DNA of 64,000 bases, taken from Octopus sinensis. Its lineage: Eukaryota. Numbering within the stretch: position 1 is the stretch's first letter; each line of letters opens with the position of its first letter. The position numbers and the translations under genes were made by a program. Of the stretch, positions 13,092-25,670 are shown piece by piece. The stretch lies in assembly GCF_006345805.1 (NCBI RefSeq), contig NC_043014.1, positions 5,642,001-5,706,000 on the forward strand, given 5' to 3'. The notes under the pieces are model-generated. The model had not been told where the DNA came from and made no database searches. It was given only the letters and a program-made list of their open reading frames with translations.

Positions 13092-13166
<75 letters not shown>

Positions 13167-13595
13167 CGACATACATACACACACACATTCTGGTATTGTA
13201 TAGCAATATTTCTCTTCATTATTGAGAATCTAATTCTATTTATTTGGTTGGTAAATTATTGACCCCTGTCTTTGTTCCCCTAGCATTGCTTGACAACCGA
13301 TGCTGGTGTGTTTACGTCCCCGTCACTTAGCGGTTCGGCAAAAGAGAGACCGATAGAATAAGTACTGGGCTTACAAAAAGAATAAGTCTCGGGGTCGAGT
13401 TGCTCGACTAAAGGCGGTGCTCCAGCATGGCCGCAGTCAAATGACTGAAACAAGTAAAAGAGTAAAAAGAGAGTATTCGTTTTCAGACCCAAACGGAAAG
13501 TGTCAGTTAAGAGACGGAAAGACTAGAAAGTCTAGATTTAATTGAAAAAGTCAACCATTCAGGCGGAGCAGATCCGATGGCTTAAGTAAAGAAAA

Positions 13596-14383
13596 TATTT
13601 ATATATAAAAGAAAGGTTGTGTGTCTGTCTACTCCGATTTAGATTCCTAATTACTCCCACATTTTGTGATGCAGTTTAACCAAAAGCGGGTATCTTATAG
13701 TCGTGATTCATATCGAGCCCTTCTGGGTATTAGCGCGCGTCTACGATGAGTCTACGATTTTAAAAATAATTTACCATCATTTTTTTCCATTTTAATGCAT
13801 TTTTTCGCTATTGTATAAGGGAAGTAACTCTCTAAAAATGTCTACGATGAGTCAACGATTAAAAAAAAATTTACCATAATTTTTTTTCCAATTTTAATGC
13901 ATTTTTTTGGCTATTTTTTGGCTATAACTCTCTAAAAATGCATTATAGTTATTTCCCTTACAAACCCGAGCAACGCCGGGCGATACTGCTAGTCTTTATA
14001 TATAAAAGTGAAGTTGTGTGTCTGTCTCCTACGATTTAGATTCCTAACTACTCCCACATTTTGCGATGCAGTTTAACCAAAACCGGGTATCTTATAGTCG
14101 TGATTCATATCGAGCCTTTCTGGGTATTAGCGCGCGTCTACGATGAGTCTACGATATAAAAAAAAATTTACCATCATTTTTTTCCATTTTAATGCATATT
14201 TTTTTTAATAAAGGGAAGTAACTCTCTAAAAATGTCTGATGAGTCAACGATTTAAAAAAGAATTTGCCATAATTTTTTTTCCATTTTTAATGCATTTTTT
14301 GCTATTTTTTGGCTATAACTCTCTAAAAATGCTTTATAGTTATTTACCTTACAAACCCGAGCAACGCCGGGCGATACTGCTAG
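13596..14383 (+). mobile_element. Non-autonomous Helitron, head-to-tail dimer (13596-13992, 13993-14383)
   Basis: 5' TC(TTTATATATAAAA), 3' hairpin cccgagcaacgccggg then CTAG. CTAG|TC junction; flanked A...T. Confidence 0.85.
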
Positions 14384-15072
14384 TAAATAATAAACTAAGA
14401 GAGTGCACGGACTTTTCTACTGGATTTCACGTTTGCTGTATCTTTTCACCTATAGGCTCAGTGACATATATATATCCCGTATACCCAAACGTCTCTCTCA
14501 TTATTGCTCTTTCTAAGTATACATATATGTATGTATCTGTGAGTATGTGTATACTCTCTCTTTCACTTGTTTCAGTCATTTGACTGCGGCCATGCTGGAG
14601 CACCGCCTTTAGTCGAGCAAATCGACCCCGGGACTTATTCTTTTTGTAAGCCCAGTACTTATTCTATCGGTTTCTTTTGCCGAACCGCTAAGTGACGGGG
14701 ACGTAAACACACAAGCATCAGTTGTCAAGCAATGCTAGGGAGACAAACACAGACACACAAACACACACACATATATATATACATATATACGACAGGCTTC
14801 TTTCAGTTTCCATCTACCAAATTGGTCGGCCTGGGGCTATAGCAGAAGATACTTGCCCAAGATGCCACGCGGTGGGACTGAACCCGGAACCATGTGGTTG
14901 GTTAGCAAGCTACTTACCACACAGCCACTCCTGCGCCTATATATAAATTTCATAATCTCTCGAAATTAATTTGAAGAAAGACAAAACTTCAATCTAAATA
15001 TTACTCACCAGAATCCTGCATTACCATATTACAACTAGTTTCATAACGTTCGGTGTTTTATATATATATATA

Positions 15073-15377
15073 CTAGCAGTATCACCCGGCGTTGCTCGGT
15101 TTGTAAGGGAAATAACTATATAAGCATTTTTAGAGAGTTACTTCCCTTATATAAGCCGAGCAAAAATCATTAAAAATGCGGAAAAATGACGGTAATTTTT
15201 TTTTAAATCGCAGACTCATCGTAGACGCGCGCTAATACACAGAAGGGCTCGATATGAATCACGACTATAAGATACCCGGTTTTGGTTAAACTGCACCGCA
15301 AAATGTGGGAGTAGTTAGGAATCTAATTCGGAGGAGACAGAGTCTCACACACACAACTTCAATTTTATTTATAAAGA
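15073..15377 (-). mobile_element. Non-autonomous Helitron, same family, shorter copy
   Basis: A|TC...hairpin...CTAG|T on the minus strand. Confidence 0.85.
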
Positions 15378-15634
15378 TATACTGGTGATGTCGTTGTTCA
15401 TTGTCACCATTCATCATACGTGCGATTCGGTGACCAATTAATTTAACCGCTGTAAACTCAAACTAACGAAGCTCTTATCGATGATATAGTGCTTATACTA
15501 TTTCCAATGGGGATGTGTTCTGTCAAATAGTACATAAAAAAAAAACAATCGGAAATAACTTGATTAAAGTCTCTTTTCCGTATCGCTTCAGTAGTACAAA
15601 CCGCATTCGATTCTCCTGGCTCGTATTTTCCTTA

Positions 15635-15730
15635 CTAAAGCACTTTCAAATCACAACGTTCCATGTGCTGTCTGTTTGACATGACTACCTGCTGTTGTTA
15701 TGATGTTACCAGCCAGGGCACGCTGTCACC
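15635..15730 (+). pseudogene. 96-nt duplicated fragment of exon 4 within intron 3
   Basis: 91/96 identical to 16211-16306; CGA changed to TGA. Confidence 0.9.
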
Positions 15731-16042
15731 TAGCATATAGGACATCCCAGAATGCCAATTTATGATGGTAAGCCTGTTATATTTCGTATGACTTCAGGTT
15801 TGGTTCATAGTCCTTATTCTATTTAATAATCGTATAATATTCCTCACTATATCAATATTCCATAATTTTGCTATTTTCATTACGCATAATGAAGTTCTTC
15901 CTCTATTCAGTTAATTTCTTACACATAAGATTGGGGGAGCTTACATGATTTATGATTACTTTCAATTAGTTTCTGTTCTTTAACGTTCTACGTTATATTA
16001 TATATTGCTTATTTGATAAATACATATTCTTACCATTTCTAG

Positions 16043-16533
16043 GTGTGGTTGGTGGACAATTCGCTCAACAAACTGGTGGTGGAAGTAATTTCTTATGTCT
16101 ACCAAATGATCCGATTTGGGCCAATTATACTACAGACGTTGAAGTGGCCGCACAGATATATGGATGCGAATATGAGATACCAATTGCTAATATGTTTTCA
16201 TTCGCTAACGCTAAAGCACTTTCAAATCATAACGTTCCGTGTGCTGTCTGTTTGACACGACAACCTGCTGTTGTTATGATGTTACCAGCCAGGGCACGCT
16301 GTTACCCTGGCTGGACAATTGAGTATTCGGGTTATGTAATGACAGCCAACAACGATCAGAGGGGCAGGCATGAATATGTGTGTGTGGACCACGCACCGGA
16401 AGCTGATCCAGCAGGTTTCAGAAACGAGGATGCAGCATCATTGTTTTTCGTTCAAGCTATTTGTGGTTCATTGCCATGTCCACCGTATGTCCATGGCCAA
16501 GAATTAAGCTGTGTTGTGTGCAGTAAATACTAA
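16043..16533 (+). CDS. Short-chain collagen C4-like protein, exon 4 (C4/NC1-like domain, stop)
   Basis: ccatttctAG acceptor; GGGSNFLCLPNDP..YGCEYE..NHNVPCAVC..MMLPARARCYPGWTIEYSGYVM..YVCVD..CGSLPCPPY..ELSCVVCSKY*. Spliced CDS 144+52+75+491=762 nt = 253 aa. AATAAA at 16795. Confidence 0.92.
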
Positions 16534-17050
16534 ATAGAACTCAACTGCGTCCGTTTCAATTTGAAAATATATATGGAAAGATTGCATGTGATAATGACAT
16601 AGAGCAGTATATAAATACATAATTTTGTGTCATGAAATTTCATTCAAGTTATTCATTTGGTTAAAATAAGCAGCTGCATAATTTTTTAAACTGTATTCTA
16701 AACGAGAACATCGAAGGCGAATAATGCAAACCTCAGCGAATAATTCTTGAAAAACATATAAGCTTTTGTTTATCGTTATACATTTATATACTGAAATAAA
16801 ATGATATGTGATTTTAAAAGACAATGTCCTCTTTCTTTAAATACAACAAACCCTACCTAATATCATACATGAATATCTTTCTTTCAAGCATAATCTCAAA
16901 ATTCAAGAAGTGTTAATACGTGACACAAATAGCATTCAGAATAGATGCAAATACACTGATTCTATTTCTTTACAACACACAAAGGGCTAAATACAGAGGG
17001 GACAAACAAGAACAGACAAACAGATTAAGTCGATTACATCGACCCCAGTT

Positions 17051-17645
17051 CGAGCTGGCAGAAACGTTAGCACGCCGGGCGAAATGCTTAGCGGTATTTC
17101 GTCTGCCGTTACGTTGTGAGTTCAAATTCCGCCGAGGTCAACTTTACCTTTCATCCTTTCGGGGTCGATAAATTAAGTACCAGTTACGTACTGGGGTCGA
17201 TGTATTCGACTTAATACCTATGTCTGTCCTTGTTTGTCCCCTCTGTGTTTAGCCCCTTGTGGGTAATAAAGAAATAGGTATTTCGTCTGCCGCTACGTTC
17301 AGAGTTCAAATTCCGCCGAGATCAACTTTGCCTTTCATCCTATCGGGGTCGATAAATTAAGTACCAGTTACGCACTGGGGTCGATGTAATCGACTTAATA
17401 CCTATGTCTGTCCTTGTTTGTCCCCTCTGTGTTTAGCCCCTTGTGGGTAATAAAGAAATAGATATTTCGTCTGCCGCTACGTTCGGAGTTCAAATTCAGC
17501 CGAGGTCAACTTTGCCTTTCATCCTTTCGGGGTCGATAAATTAAGTACCAGTTACGCTCTGGGGTCGATGTAATCGATTTAATACCCTATGTCTGTCCTT
17601 GTTCGTCCCTTCTGTGTTTAGCCCCTTGTAGGTAGTAAAGAAATA
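17051..17645 (+). repeat. SINE-A head plus three tandem 3' modules (~183-bp period) inside an antisense SINE-A
   Basis: Junctions aaagaaata(g)gtatttcgtctg at ~17278 and ~17461. Host minus copy split into ~16965-17050 and ~17646-17780. Confidence 0.85.
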
Positions 17646-18439
17646 GGTACTTTAGTTATCGACCCCGAAAGGATGAAAGGCAAAGTCGACCTCTGCGGAT
17701 TTTGAACTCAGAACGTAACGGCAGACCAAATACGGCTACGCATTTCGCACGGCATGGTAACGGTTCTGCCAGCTCGCCACCATGCGAATACACTGATTCA
17801 CCACACTACTTACAAACTGAAAACAGAAAATACATGATGGTTCAAAATATAAGACCTCCCACACGTATCTACCTTAAATATAAGCAAAGTTTTCTACTCA
17901 GCTCCCTCATAAAATGTATTTCACATCTACACAAATATAGTTTAGCTAACTATCAGGTTACTATGACAATGGGATATACACACTGACAGTAATTGAAAAG
18001 CCTTCACCTTTCAGATAAATACTGACACTATCATAAATGATTTTAACTAATACCTACACAAACTTTCTACTTCTCCACAAAACTCATAGATAGCCTGATA
18101 CTCGAAGCAATAAGGCGTATATATATTCATACAATTTCCTGAAAGTTGATGTAGAACAATAACGATTTAATCACCAAGAAAGATGATCCCACTGGAAAAG
18201 AATTGTCCGGAAAGTTCGTGCCGATTTATAGTAGCTTACCTTTCGACTTATTTTAGAACATGGTTGAGTCCATAAAATAGGATTTGTAGGTCTCTCTTGT
18301 CTCTCTGTCTTTTTTCCATGTTGCTGTATGAAAACTTAAGGTGGTTTTAGAGTCGGTTCATGGCTGCTATTTTCAGCATGGTGGTATCCCGTAGATACAC
18401 TAATTTACAATTTCATATATATATATATATATATATATA

Positions 18440-18630
18440 ACGGGAAGCTTTATGAAAATAAACAAAAGACAAAGGGAGGTGGAATACAAACAAACAATTG
18501 TATTAGTATGGCGCTCAGGAATATAAATAAAACAAGTCTTTTACGTTTCGAGCCTACGCTCTTCAACAGAAAGATACACAGAAAAGAAACACGGAAAGAA
18601 ACAAGAGAGAAAAAAATGCGTGCAGAAGCT
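18440..18630 (-). mobile_element. ~200-bp (TA)n-embedded element with a candidate minimal hammerhead; second copy 33760-33985(+)
   Basis: Both copies read tcttt-CTGTTGA-a-gagc(gtag)g(c/g)tc-GAAAC-GT(A/T)-aaaga. Confidence 0.6.
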
Positions 18631-18640
18631 AGCGAATAAA

Positions 18641-18697
<57 letters not shown>

Positions 18698-18748
18698 ATA
18701 TATATATATATGTATTATGTATGTATGTATGTATGTATGTATGTATAT

Positions 18749-19178
18749 TAGTAAATAGGGTTCAGCAAAGATTTGCTTTACCACATACCGAAGTTTAGAA
18801 ATAGCAGCCAAAAAACGTTAGCTATGTCTTCTACTTTAAAAAGGGACTCCCAGAAAAAAACAAAATACTTGAAAACAATCACACAGGCAGAAAGGAAAAT
18901 TAACGAAAATCAATCAATATCTGGTCCCCTATGGACGCGCGTTCGGAATTAGGATGGAATAAAGAATATACAATTATACTTTACCAACCGTTTTCCTCTT
19001 CAGCATAGGACCCCAAAATTCGAAGGTACTTTTCCTCTCTGCCTGTGTGATTGTTTTCAAGTATTTTGGTTTTTCTGGGAGTCCCTTTTTAAAGTAGAAG
19101 ACATAGCTAACGTTTTTTGGCTGCTATTTCTAAACTTCGGTATGTGGTAAAGCAAATCTTTGCTGAACCCTATTTATT
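18749..19178. repeat. Inverted repeat, ~150-bp arms, ~130-nt spacer
   Basis: 18749-18899 versus 19030-19178, few mismatches. Confidence 0.9.
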
Positions 19179-20349
19179 AAGTATTACTTAAGTTTACCAT
19201 GACTTGGTCCTTTTTTCATGCCGAACTCTACTTGGTGAACTTATTGATTACTTCTTACTTAATTAATTTTACCCTTTGTTATTATTGAATATATATATAT
19301 ATATATATATATAATATAATATTATATATATATATATATATATATTCACATACGTTACACCCCTTTAAATGTACTAGCTCTACCTTTTCGATACCCTTAA
19401 AGCCAAGACCTTTTCATCATCCCTCGTATATGTGTGTGCATATATTCTCTTACATGTCTCAGTCATTTGACTGCGGTCATACAGGAGCACCGGCCTTTTA
19501 TTCGAAGAAATCGACCCCAGAACGTATTCTTTGTAAACCTGGTACTTATTCCATCGGTCTGTTTTGCCGAACCGCTACATTACGGGGCCTTAAACACACC
19601 AACATCAGTTGTGAAACGATGCGGAGGGGGTGACACACACATTCACAAAGACACATATAAATATTCATACATACATACATACATACATACATACATACAT
19701 ACATACATACATACATACATACATACATACATACATACACACACGCACACGCACACACACACACACATAGACATATATATATGTATAGGCGTAGGAGTGG
19801 CTGTGTACGTAACTTGCTTACCGCTTACTTCCCATGAGTCTTTCCTGTCAGTGTACGCATGCGTCATTGTGTTGTGCACTGAAGAAGATAGCTGGCAGTA
19901 TTTAGCCAGCCAAGAAGAAGCTGCTGCAAAGTAAGACTTTTGTCTCTTGAGTCCAGTAGGGGTTGTTGTCTGTGGTTATATTTTTTTACAAACAAGGAGT
20001 CCTCACTGGATTCAGGACTTTGGTCTGCTTGCAGTTCAGCAATATTGTTCACATTAAGTGAAAAGTATAGTTGGTGGGGTGGGATATCCTGCCACCAAAC
20101 GTTATTCACTTTTTTGTGAATAGTGTGAGTTTTTACAACAACGTTTACCAATAATTGGAAAGCTGTATTTCAAGTGGATCAGTCCAGGTTCTAATCGGAG
20201 TACCATAGGGCTTGGAGTACCTGAATGTCCAGAAGAATTTTGGTTGTGTTTTATTGAACTGTTTGCTTTTTCTCTTCTTCCCTTTTGTTTCCTTTTGATT
20301 TCTTTCTTTTCTTTTTGAAATTTGTGAACTATCGTTTTGGACTTTTTAC

Positions 20350-20985
20350 TTTTTAATTAAAAACATTGCAAAAAATACGGATAAGATTATAGAGTGGGAG
20401 ATTGTCCCACCTAAGGAGTGGCTCAGAGAGCAAGAGGAGAGGACAGTGGTGTTGAGAACGTATTCGAAGGTTCTCGACAAACATTACCGTCTTCTCCAAG
20501 TAGCTGATTGAGCAGGAGTTGACGGAACATCTGCCAACCATTAAGTATATTCTAGGGGTATCAAATATGCAACGGTTTGGTTGCTATTTGACACCCCAGA
20601 GGAGGCTCGCAGCTTTACGAACCAGCCCTTGAGGGTTGAGAAATTTTGTTTCTTCCCGCTTATTGTGGGAAAAAATTGATGAGGGCTTGGTTCTGTGGTT
20701 AGCCACCGGGAATTGAACCCCAGTGGATAGAGGATGCTATCCGTCGGGGTCTGGGGAGCAGAGGACCCAAGCTTCTCAATGGGAAATTTCTGCTTGCGGG
20801 TGATTGGGTTAGATCAAAAGCTGTTTTGACCCTGCGGACCCAATCAGCAATGAATCTGGTTATGCCAGATTTTTTGAAAATGGCCAGGTGCAAGTACCCG
20901 GTGATTCTTGAGGGTCCCCCCATGTGTCATCGGTGCCTGGAACTTCGCCATATAAAGAAAGACTTGTCCTCAGGAACAAAGCAAA
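20350..20985 (+). pseudogene. L1/Tx1-like ORF1 remnant with gag-type zinc knuckle
   Basis: Ends KYPVILEGPPMCHRCLELRHIKKD-(frameshift)-CP, a CX2CX4HX4C motif; many stops. Confidence 0.5.
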
Positions 20986-21100
20986 GTCATGGAGGCAGTT
21001 GATTGTATATATATATATACATACATATATATATATATTATATATTATATATATATATATAATATATTATATATATATATATGTATATATATATACATAT

Positions 21101-21460
21101 GTAGGTTGCGAGGAGTAAATGTCGCGGTTTATATTTTAATTTCGCGCATGCGTATTGCATATTTTTGACTTTGTCGACTAAACATATGGTAGAGTCAGTT
21201 GGTCAGCATCTGTGAGAGACACAGCCCCATGACGCAATTCACTCTGCCACAAATTTGGAAACGACATGCTATGCTGCTTAGCATTCGCGAGGGAAGTTCC
21301 AATATGAACGTGTACCAATACGTAAATGTATCGAGAGCGACAAAAATCAAACATCCAGTTAGCATCATGGTGTCTGGAGTGATCACTAGTGATGGCGACG
21401 TTATGCCAGCATTCATTTTCCTACATGGTCTCAACACAGAGGCCTACATCAGGTGCCTGG
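21101..21460 (+). pseudogene. Internally deleted Tc1/mariner-superfamily transposase relic
   Basis: TKIKHPVSIMVSGVITSDGDVMPAFIFLHGLNTEAYIRCL resembles the KHPxSVMVWG..G.VxPxFI..LNxxxY motif. Confidence 0.55.
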
Positions 21461-21794
21461 ACCTTGGTAGTGCCCGCGGGAGGCAGCATTCACCAACTTA
21501 AACAAGGACACCGCTCAGAAGTGTTCCAATAGATTCCAAAGTCGTATTTCAAGATATTTTGATAAATATATCTGTTAAAATGAGATCTCAGTGTTATTTT
21601 CATTTTTTCGTAATTTGGACGAAAGGTGTGGTCAGCCCGAGGCTATAGTAGAAGGCACTTGCCCAATGTGCCACCCAGTGGGACTGAACTCGGAAGCGTG
21701 TGGTTGGGAAGCAAATTTCTTACTACGTAGCCACGCCTGTATGTATATATGTGTATACATACATATATATGTATATGTGTGTGTATTTATTTAT

Positions 21795-22130
21795 GGCTTA
21801 GTGGTTAGTGCGTCGAACCTACGATCGTGACGTTGTGAGTTCGAATTCCCGAACCGGGCTGCGTGTTGTGTTCTTGAGCAAGACACTTTATTTCACGTTG
21901 CTCCAGTTCACTCAGCTGTAGAAATGAGTTGCGACGTCACTGGTGCCGAGCTGTATCGGCCCCTTTGCCTTTCCCTTGGATAACACTGGTGGCGTGGAGA
22001 GGGGAGGCCGGTATGCATGGGTGACTGTTGGTCTTCCATAAAACAACCTTGCCCGGACTTGTGCCTCGAAAAGGAACTTTCTAGGTGCAATCCCACGGTC
22101 AGTCATGACCGAAGGGGGTCTCAAATATAT
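21795..22130 (+). mobile_element. tRNA-derived SINE family D, near full length
   Basis: tRNA-like head ggcttagtggttag..gttcgaattcc; central ttgagcaagacact..ctcagctgtagaaatgag; tail shared with 3352-3545. Confidence 0.8.
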
Positions 22131-24095
22131 ATATATATATACTGTTGTGTCTGAGGAGAGTCATTTTCTTTTTGAGCTTTATAACGTAACACGTGGAGGC
22201 GCAATGGCCTAGTGGTTAGGGCAGCGGATTCGCGGTCGTAGGATCGCGGTTTCGATTCCCAGACCGAGCGTTGTGTGTGTTTATTGAGCGAAAACACCTA
22301 AAAGCTCCACGAGGCTCCGGCAGGGGGTGGTGGTAATCCCTGCTGTACTCTTTCTCTCACTCTCTCTTCTGTTGGCCTGCTCGCTTAGCCAGCGGGGTGG
22401 CGTCATTCGATGGCTAAAACAATGCGAACGCATTGTGACCAGCGATGTGTAGCAACATCTGATGGTCTGGTCGGTCACGTGATCACGTGATAACGTAACA
22501 CATTCCATTTATTTCTTATTTATATTTTCCTGAAATTTTCGTTGCGTCTTTTCAATAGTCTTGACTCTGTCCGTTATTTATCTGCGTTCCTTCTTGTTTG
22601 TTTGTGCGCATGTGTATGAGTCAGTGTGTGTGTGTGTGTGTGTGTGTGTGCCTATGCATGTATGTACGTATGTATGTGTGTGTGTATGTATGCATATGTA
22701 TATATATACATATATGTGTGTGTGTGTGTGTGTGCATCTGTATGTATGTATCCTGTATAGTCATGTGCTTGCCTGTTTGTGTTTGTGTATTTTCTATGTA
22801 TGCGTGTGTGAGCGTGTGTTTGTATATGTATGCACCTCTGTCTCCTTGTGTGTGCATGTCTGTGTGTATGTGTGTGTGTGTTATGCAACTATGTACCATG
22901 TTTGTATGCATGGATGGATGTGTATCTCTATACGGGTGGATTCGTGTCTCCATATGTGTCCTTGTGTGGAGTAAAGCGTGTTTGTGTATTTTCTATGTAT
23001 GTGTGTGTGTGAGCGTGTGTTTGTATATGTGTGTATGTGTGTGTGTGTTATGCAACTATGTATCATGTTTCTATGTACGGATGGATGTGCATCTCTATAC
23101 GGGTGGATTGTGTGGGGTAAAGTGTGTGTGAGTATATAGTCATGTGTGTCAGTCTATATATGCGTATGTGTGCTTGTCTGTTCTTATAACCTATGTACCT
23201 ATCCGTCTGTATGTTGATCTGTTTATTTTCATATCCATTTGCTTACATACAAAAAAAAATACAATATAGGCGCAGGAGTGGCGGTGTGGTAAGTAGCTTG
23301 TTTATGAACCACATGGTTCCGGGTTCAGTCCCACTGCGTGACACCTGGGACAAGTGTCTTCTACTATAGCCTCGGGCCCACCAAAGCCTTGTGAGTGGAT
23401 TTGGTAGGCGGAAACTGAAAGAAGCCTGTCGTATATATGTATATATGTATATATATATGTGCATATGTGTGTCTGTGTTTGTCCCCTAGCATTGCTTGAC
23501 AACCGATGCTGGTGTGTTTATGTCCCCGTTACTTAGCGGTTCGGCAAAAGAGACCGATAGAATAAGTACTGGGCTTACAAAAGAATAAGTCCCGGGGTCG
23601 AGTTGCTCGATTAAAGGCGGTGCTCCAGCATGGCCGCAGTCAAATGACTGAAACAAGTAAAAGAGTAAAAGAGTAAAGGAGTGCATACACACACACTTAC
23701 ATCCATACACACACATACATACATACATCTATCTACATAAATCTACATAACAGTCCACTAAATATTCTACTCTACCTGTGTAACCTGTGGGTGTGGAGGT
23801 ATTATATCTACTATGTATATTTCCTATTTGGTATTGAGGAGGTTTCATTTATAAGAACTTACTCCCGTAATTGTCCGAGTGTTGGGTCTTTTGGGTGCTT
23901 GGATAAGATGCGTGTGTCTAGTTGACCCAAGTTGCCTCCATGGTAGTCTTTGGCATGTATTTTGGTGGAGGATGGAGGACTGTTTTTTGTCGTCATATTG
24001 TCTCAGATGTTTATTTATTCGTTCCGCAATGCTCCTAGATGTCTCCCCTATGTACCTCAGGTTTATTTTTTACAAAAACGATATATATATATATA

Positions 24096-25377
24096 CGAGG
24101 GGCGTTCAATAAGTAATGCCTCTGACCCACTTGCACTTGTTTGATCTAGCTGAAATTTTGCAATTATTTATATCTCTATAGATTAAGTGGCAAATTACAG
24201 CTCTGAACGGTTTGTGGTTTCTGATTTACAGGTGTTTGAACTGAGTCAAGTGTGAAATGGAGCCTGTTGAGTGTCGAGCAGTGATCTGGTTTTTGTATTT
24301 GAAAGGACGCACACCACGGAAGACTTTTGATGAAATGAAAGTAACTTATGGTGATGATGCCCCATCATATGACCTTGTAAAACGCTGGCATCGTGAATTC
24401 AAACATGGTCGGAACTCTGTGGAAACAGCTCCCAGATTTGGTCGCCCTCTTTTGCCATTGATGAGGCATCTGTCCGTCAAGTTGAGGCTGCCATTTTGGA
24501 AGATTGACGCATAACTATTCGCCAAATAGCCCATGAGGTCAAGATTAGTACCGGGTCTGTGGAAACTATCATTCATGACCATTTGCATATGAAAAAGGTG
24601 TCTGCCAGATGGATTCCCAGGTTGCTCAAACCTTTCCAGAAGCAAGAACGCGTCGATTGCTCGAGGGTGAATTTGGAGATGTGCCAAGAAGATGAGTCAA
24701 CATTTTTCAAAAGACTGATTACACAGGATGAAACCTGGGTCCATCACTATGATCCAGAGTCCAAAGCCCAGTCAATGCAGTGGAAGCACCGTGACTCACC
24801 TCCTCCAAAGAAGGCAAGGGTGCAGCCCTCCGCTGACAAGGTCAGGCTCACACGTCTCTGGACCAGGACGGAGTAGTGATGACAGATTTCCTGGCAAAGG
24901 GTGTCACAATTACAGGAGTCTATTATGCTTCACTTTTGAGGAAATTAAGAGAAGCTATCAAAATCAAGAGGCGGGGCAAAGGATCAGCAAGGCATCCTCC
25001 TCCTGCAGGACAACGCTCCGATCCACACTTGTGTGTCGCCAGACCAGAAGCACAGGCGTGCGGCTATGAACTCATCCCCCATTCCCCCTACTCTCCTGAC
25101 TTGCACCCTCTGATTTTCACCTCTTCCCAGCCATGAAGTTGTTTTTGAAAGGAAAGCGTTTCCAGAAGATGCAGCCTTGATTTCTGAAGTCACGTCGTGG
25201 TTGGAGGACCAAGAGGGCGCTTCTCAAAAATGGTCTTCAGAGCTGCATATCAAACGATGGGAATAAACGTGTAACTCTGGGTGGTTCCTATGTAGAAAAA
25301 GACTAATAACTGTGCCAAGTTTCGTTGCTCTACTGCTATGGAAGTGGGCCAGGGCATTACTTATTGAACGCCCCTCG
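24096..25377 (+). mobile_element. Full-length mariner transposon (1282 bp) with frameshifted transposase from ATG 24257
   Basis: TA|CGAGGGGCGTTCAATAAGTAATGCC ... GGCATTACTTATTGAACGCCCCTCG|TA TIRs. WIPRLL, ITQDETWVHHYDPE and PHSPYSPDL motifs split over frames. Confidence 0.95.
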
Positions 25378-25635
25378 TATATAGATAATATATATATATA
25401 AAGATATATATATATATATATATATATACATCTTTTTATCTTTTTACTTGTTTCAGTCATTTCAATATGGCCATGCTGGAGCACTACCTTTAGTCGATCG
25501 AGCAAATATAAAGGCGGTGCTCCAGCATGGCCACATTCAAATTACTGGAGCACCGCCTTTATATTTGCTGATCGACTTAAGGCGGTGCTCCAGCATGGCC
25601 ACATTCAAATGACTGAAACAAGTAAAAGAGTAAAA

Positions 25636-25670
<35 letters not shown>

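Noticed and set aside
22195-22270. tRNA genes at SINE heads (also 21795, 28182, 36212)
   Set aside because: No complete cloverleaf, and each continues into a SINE body.
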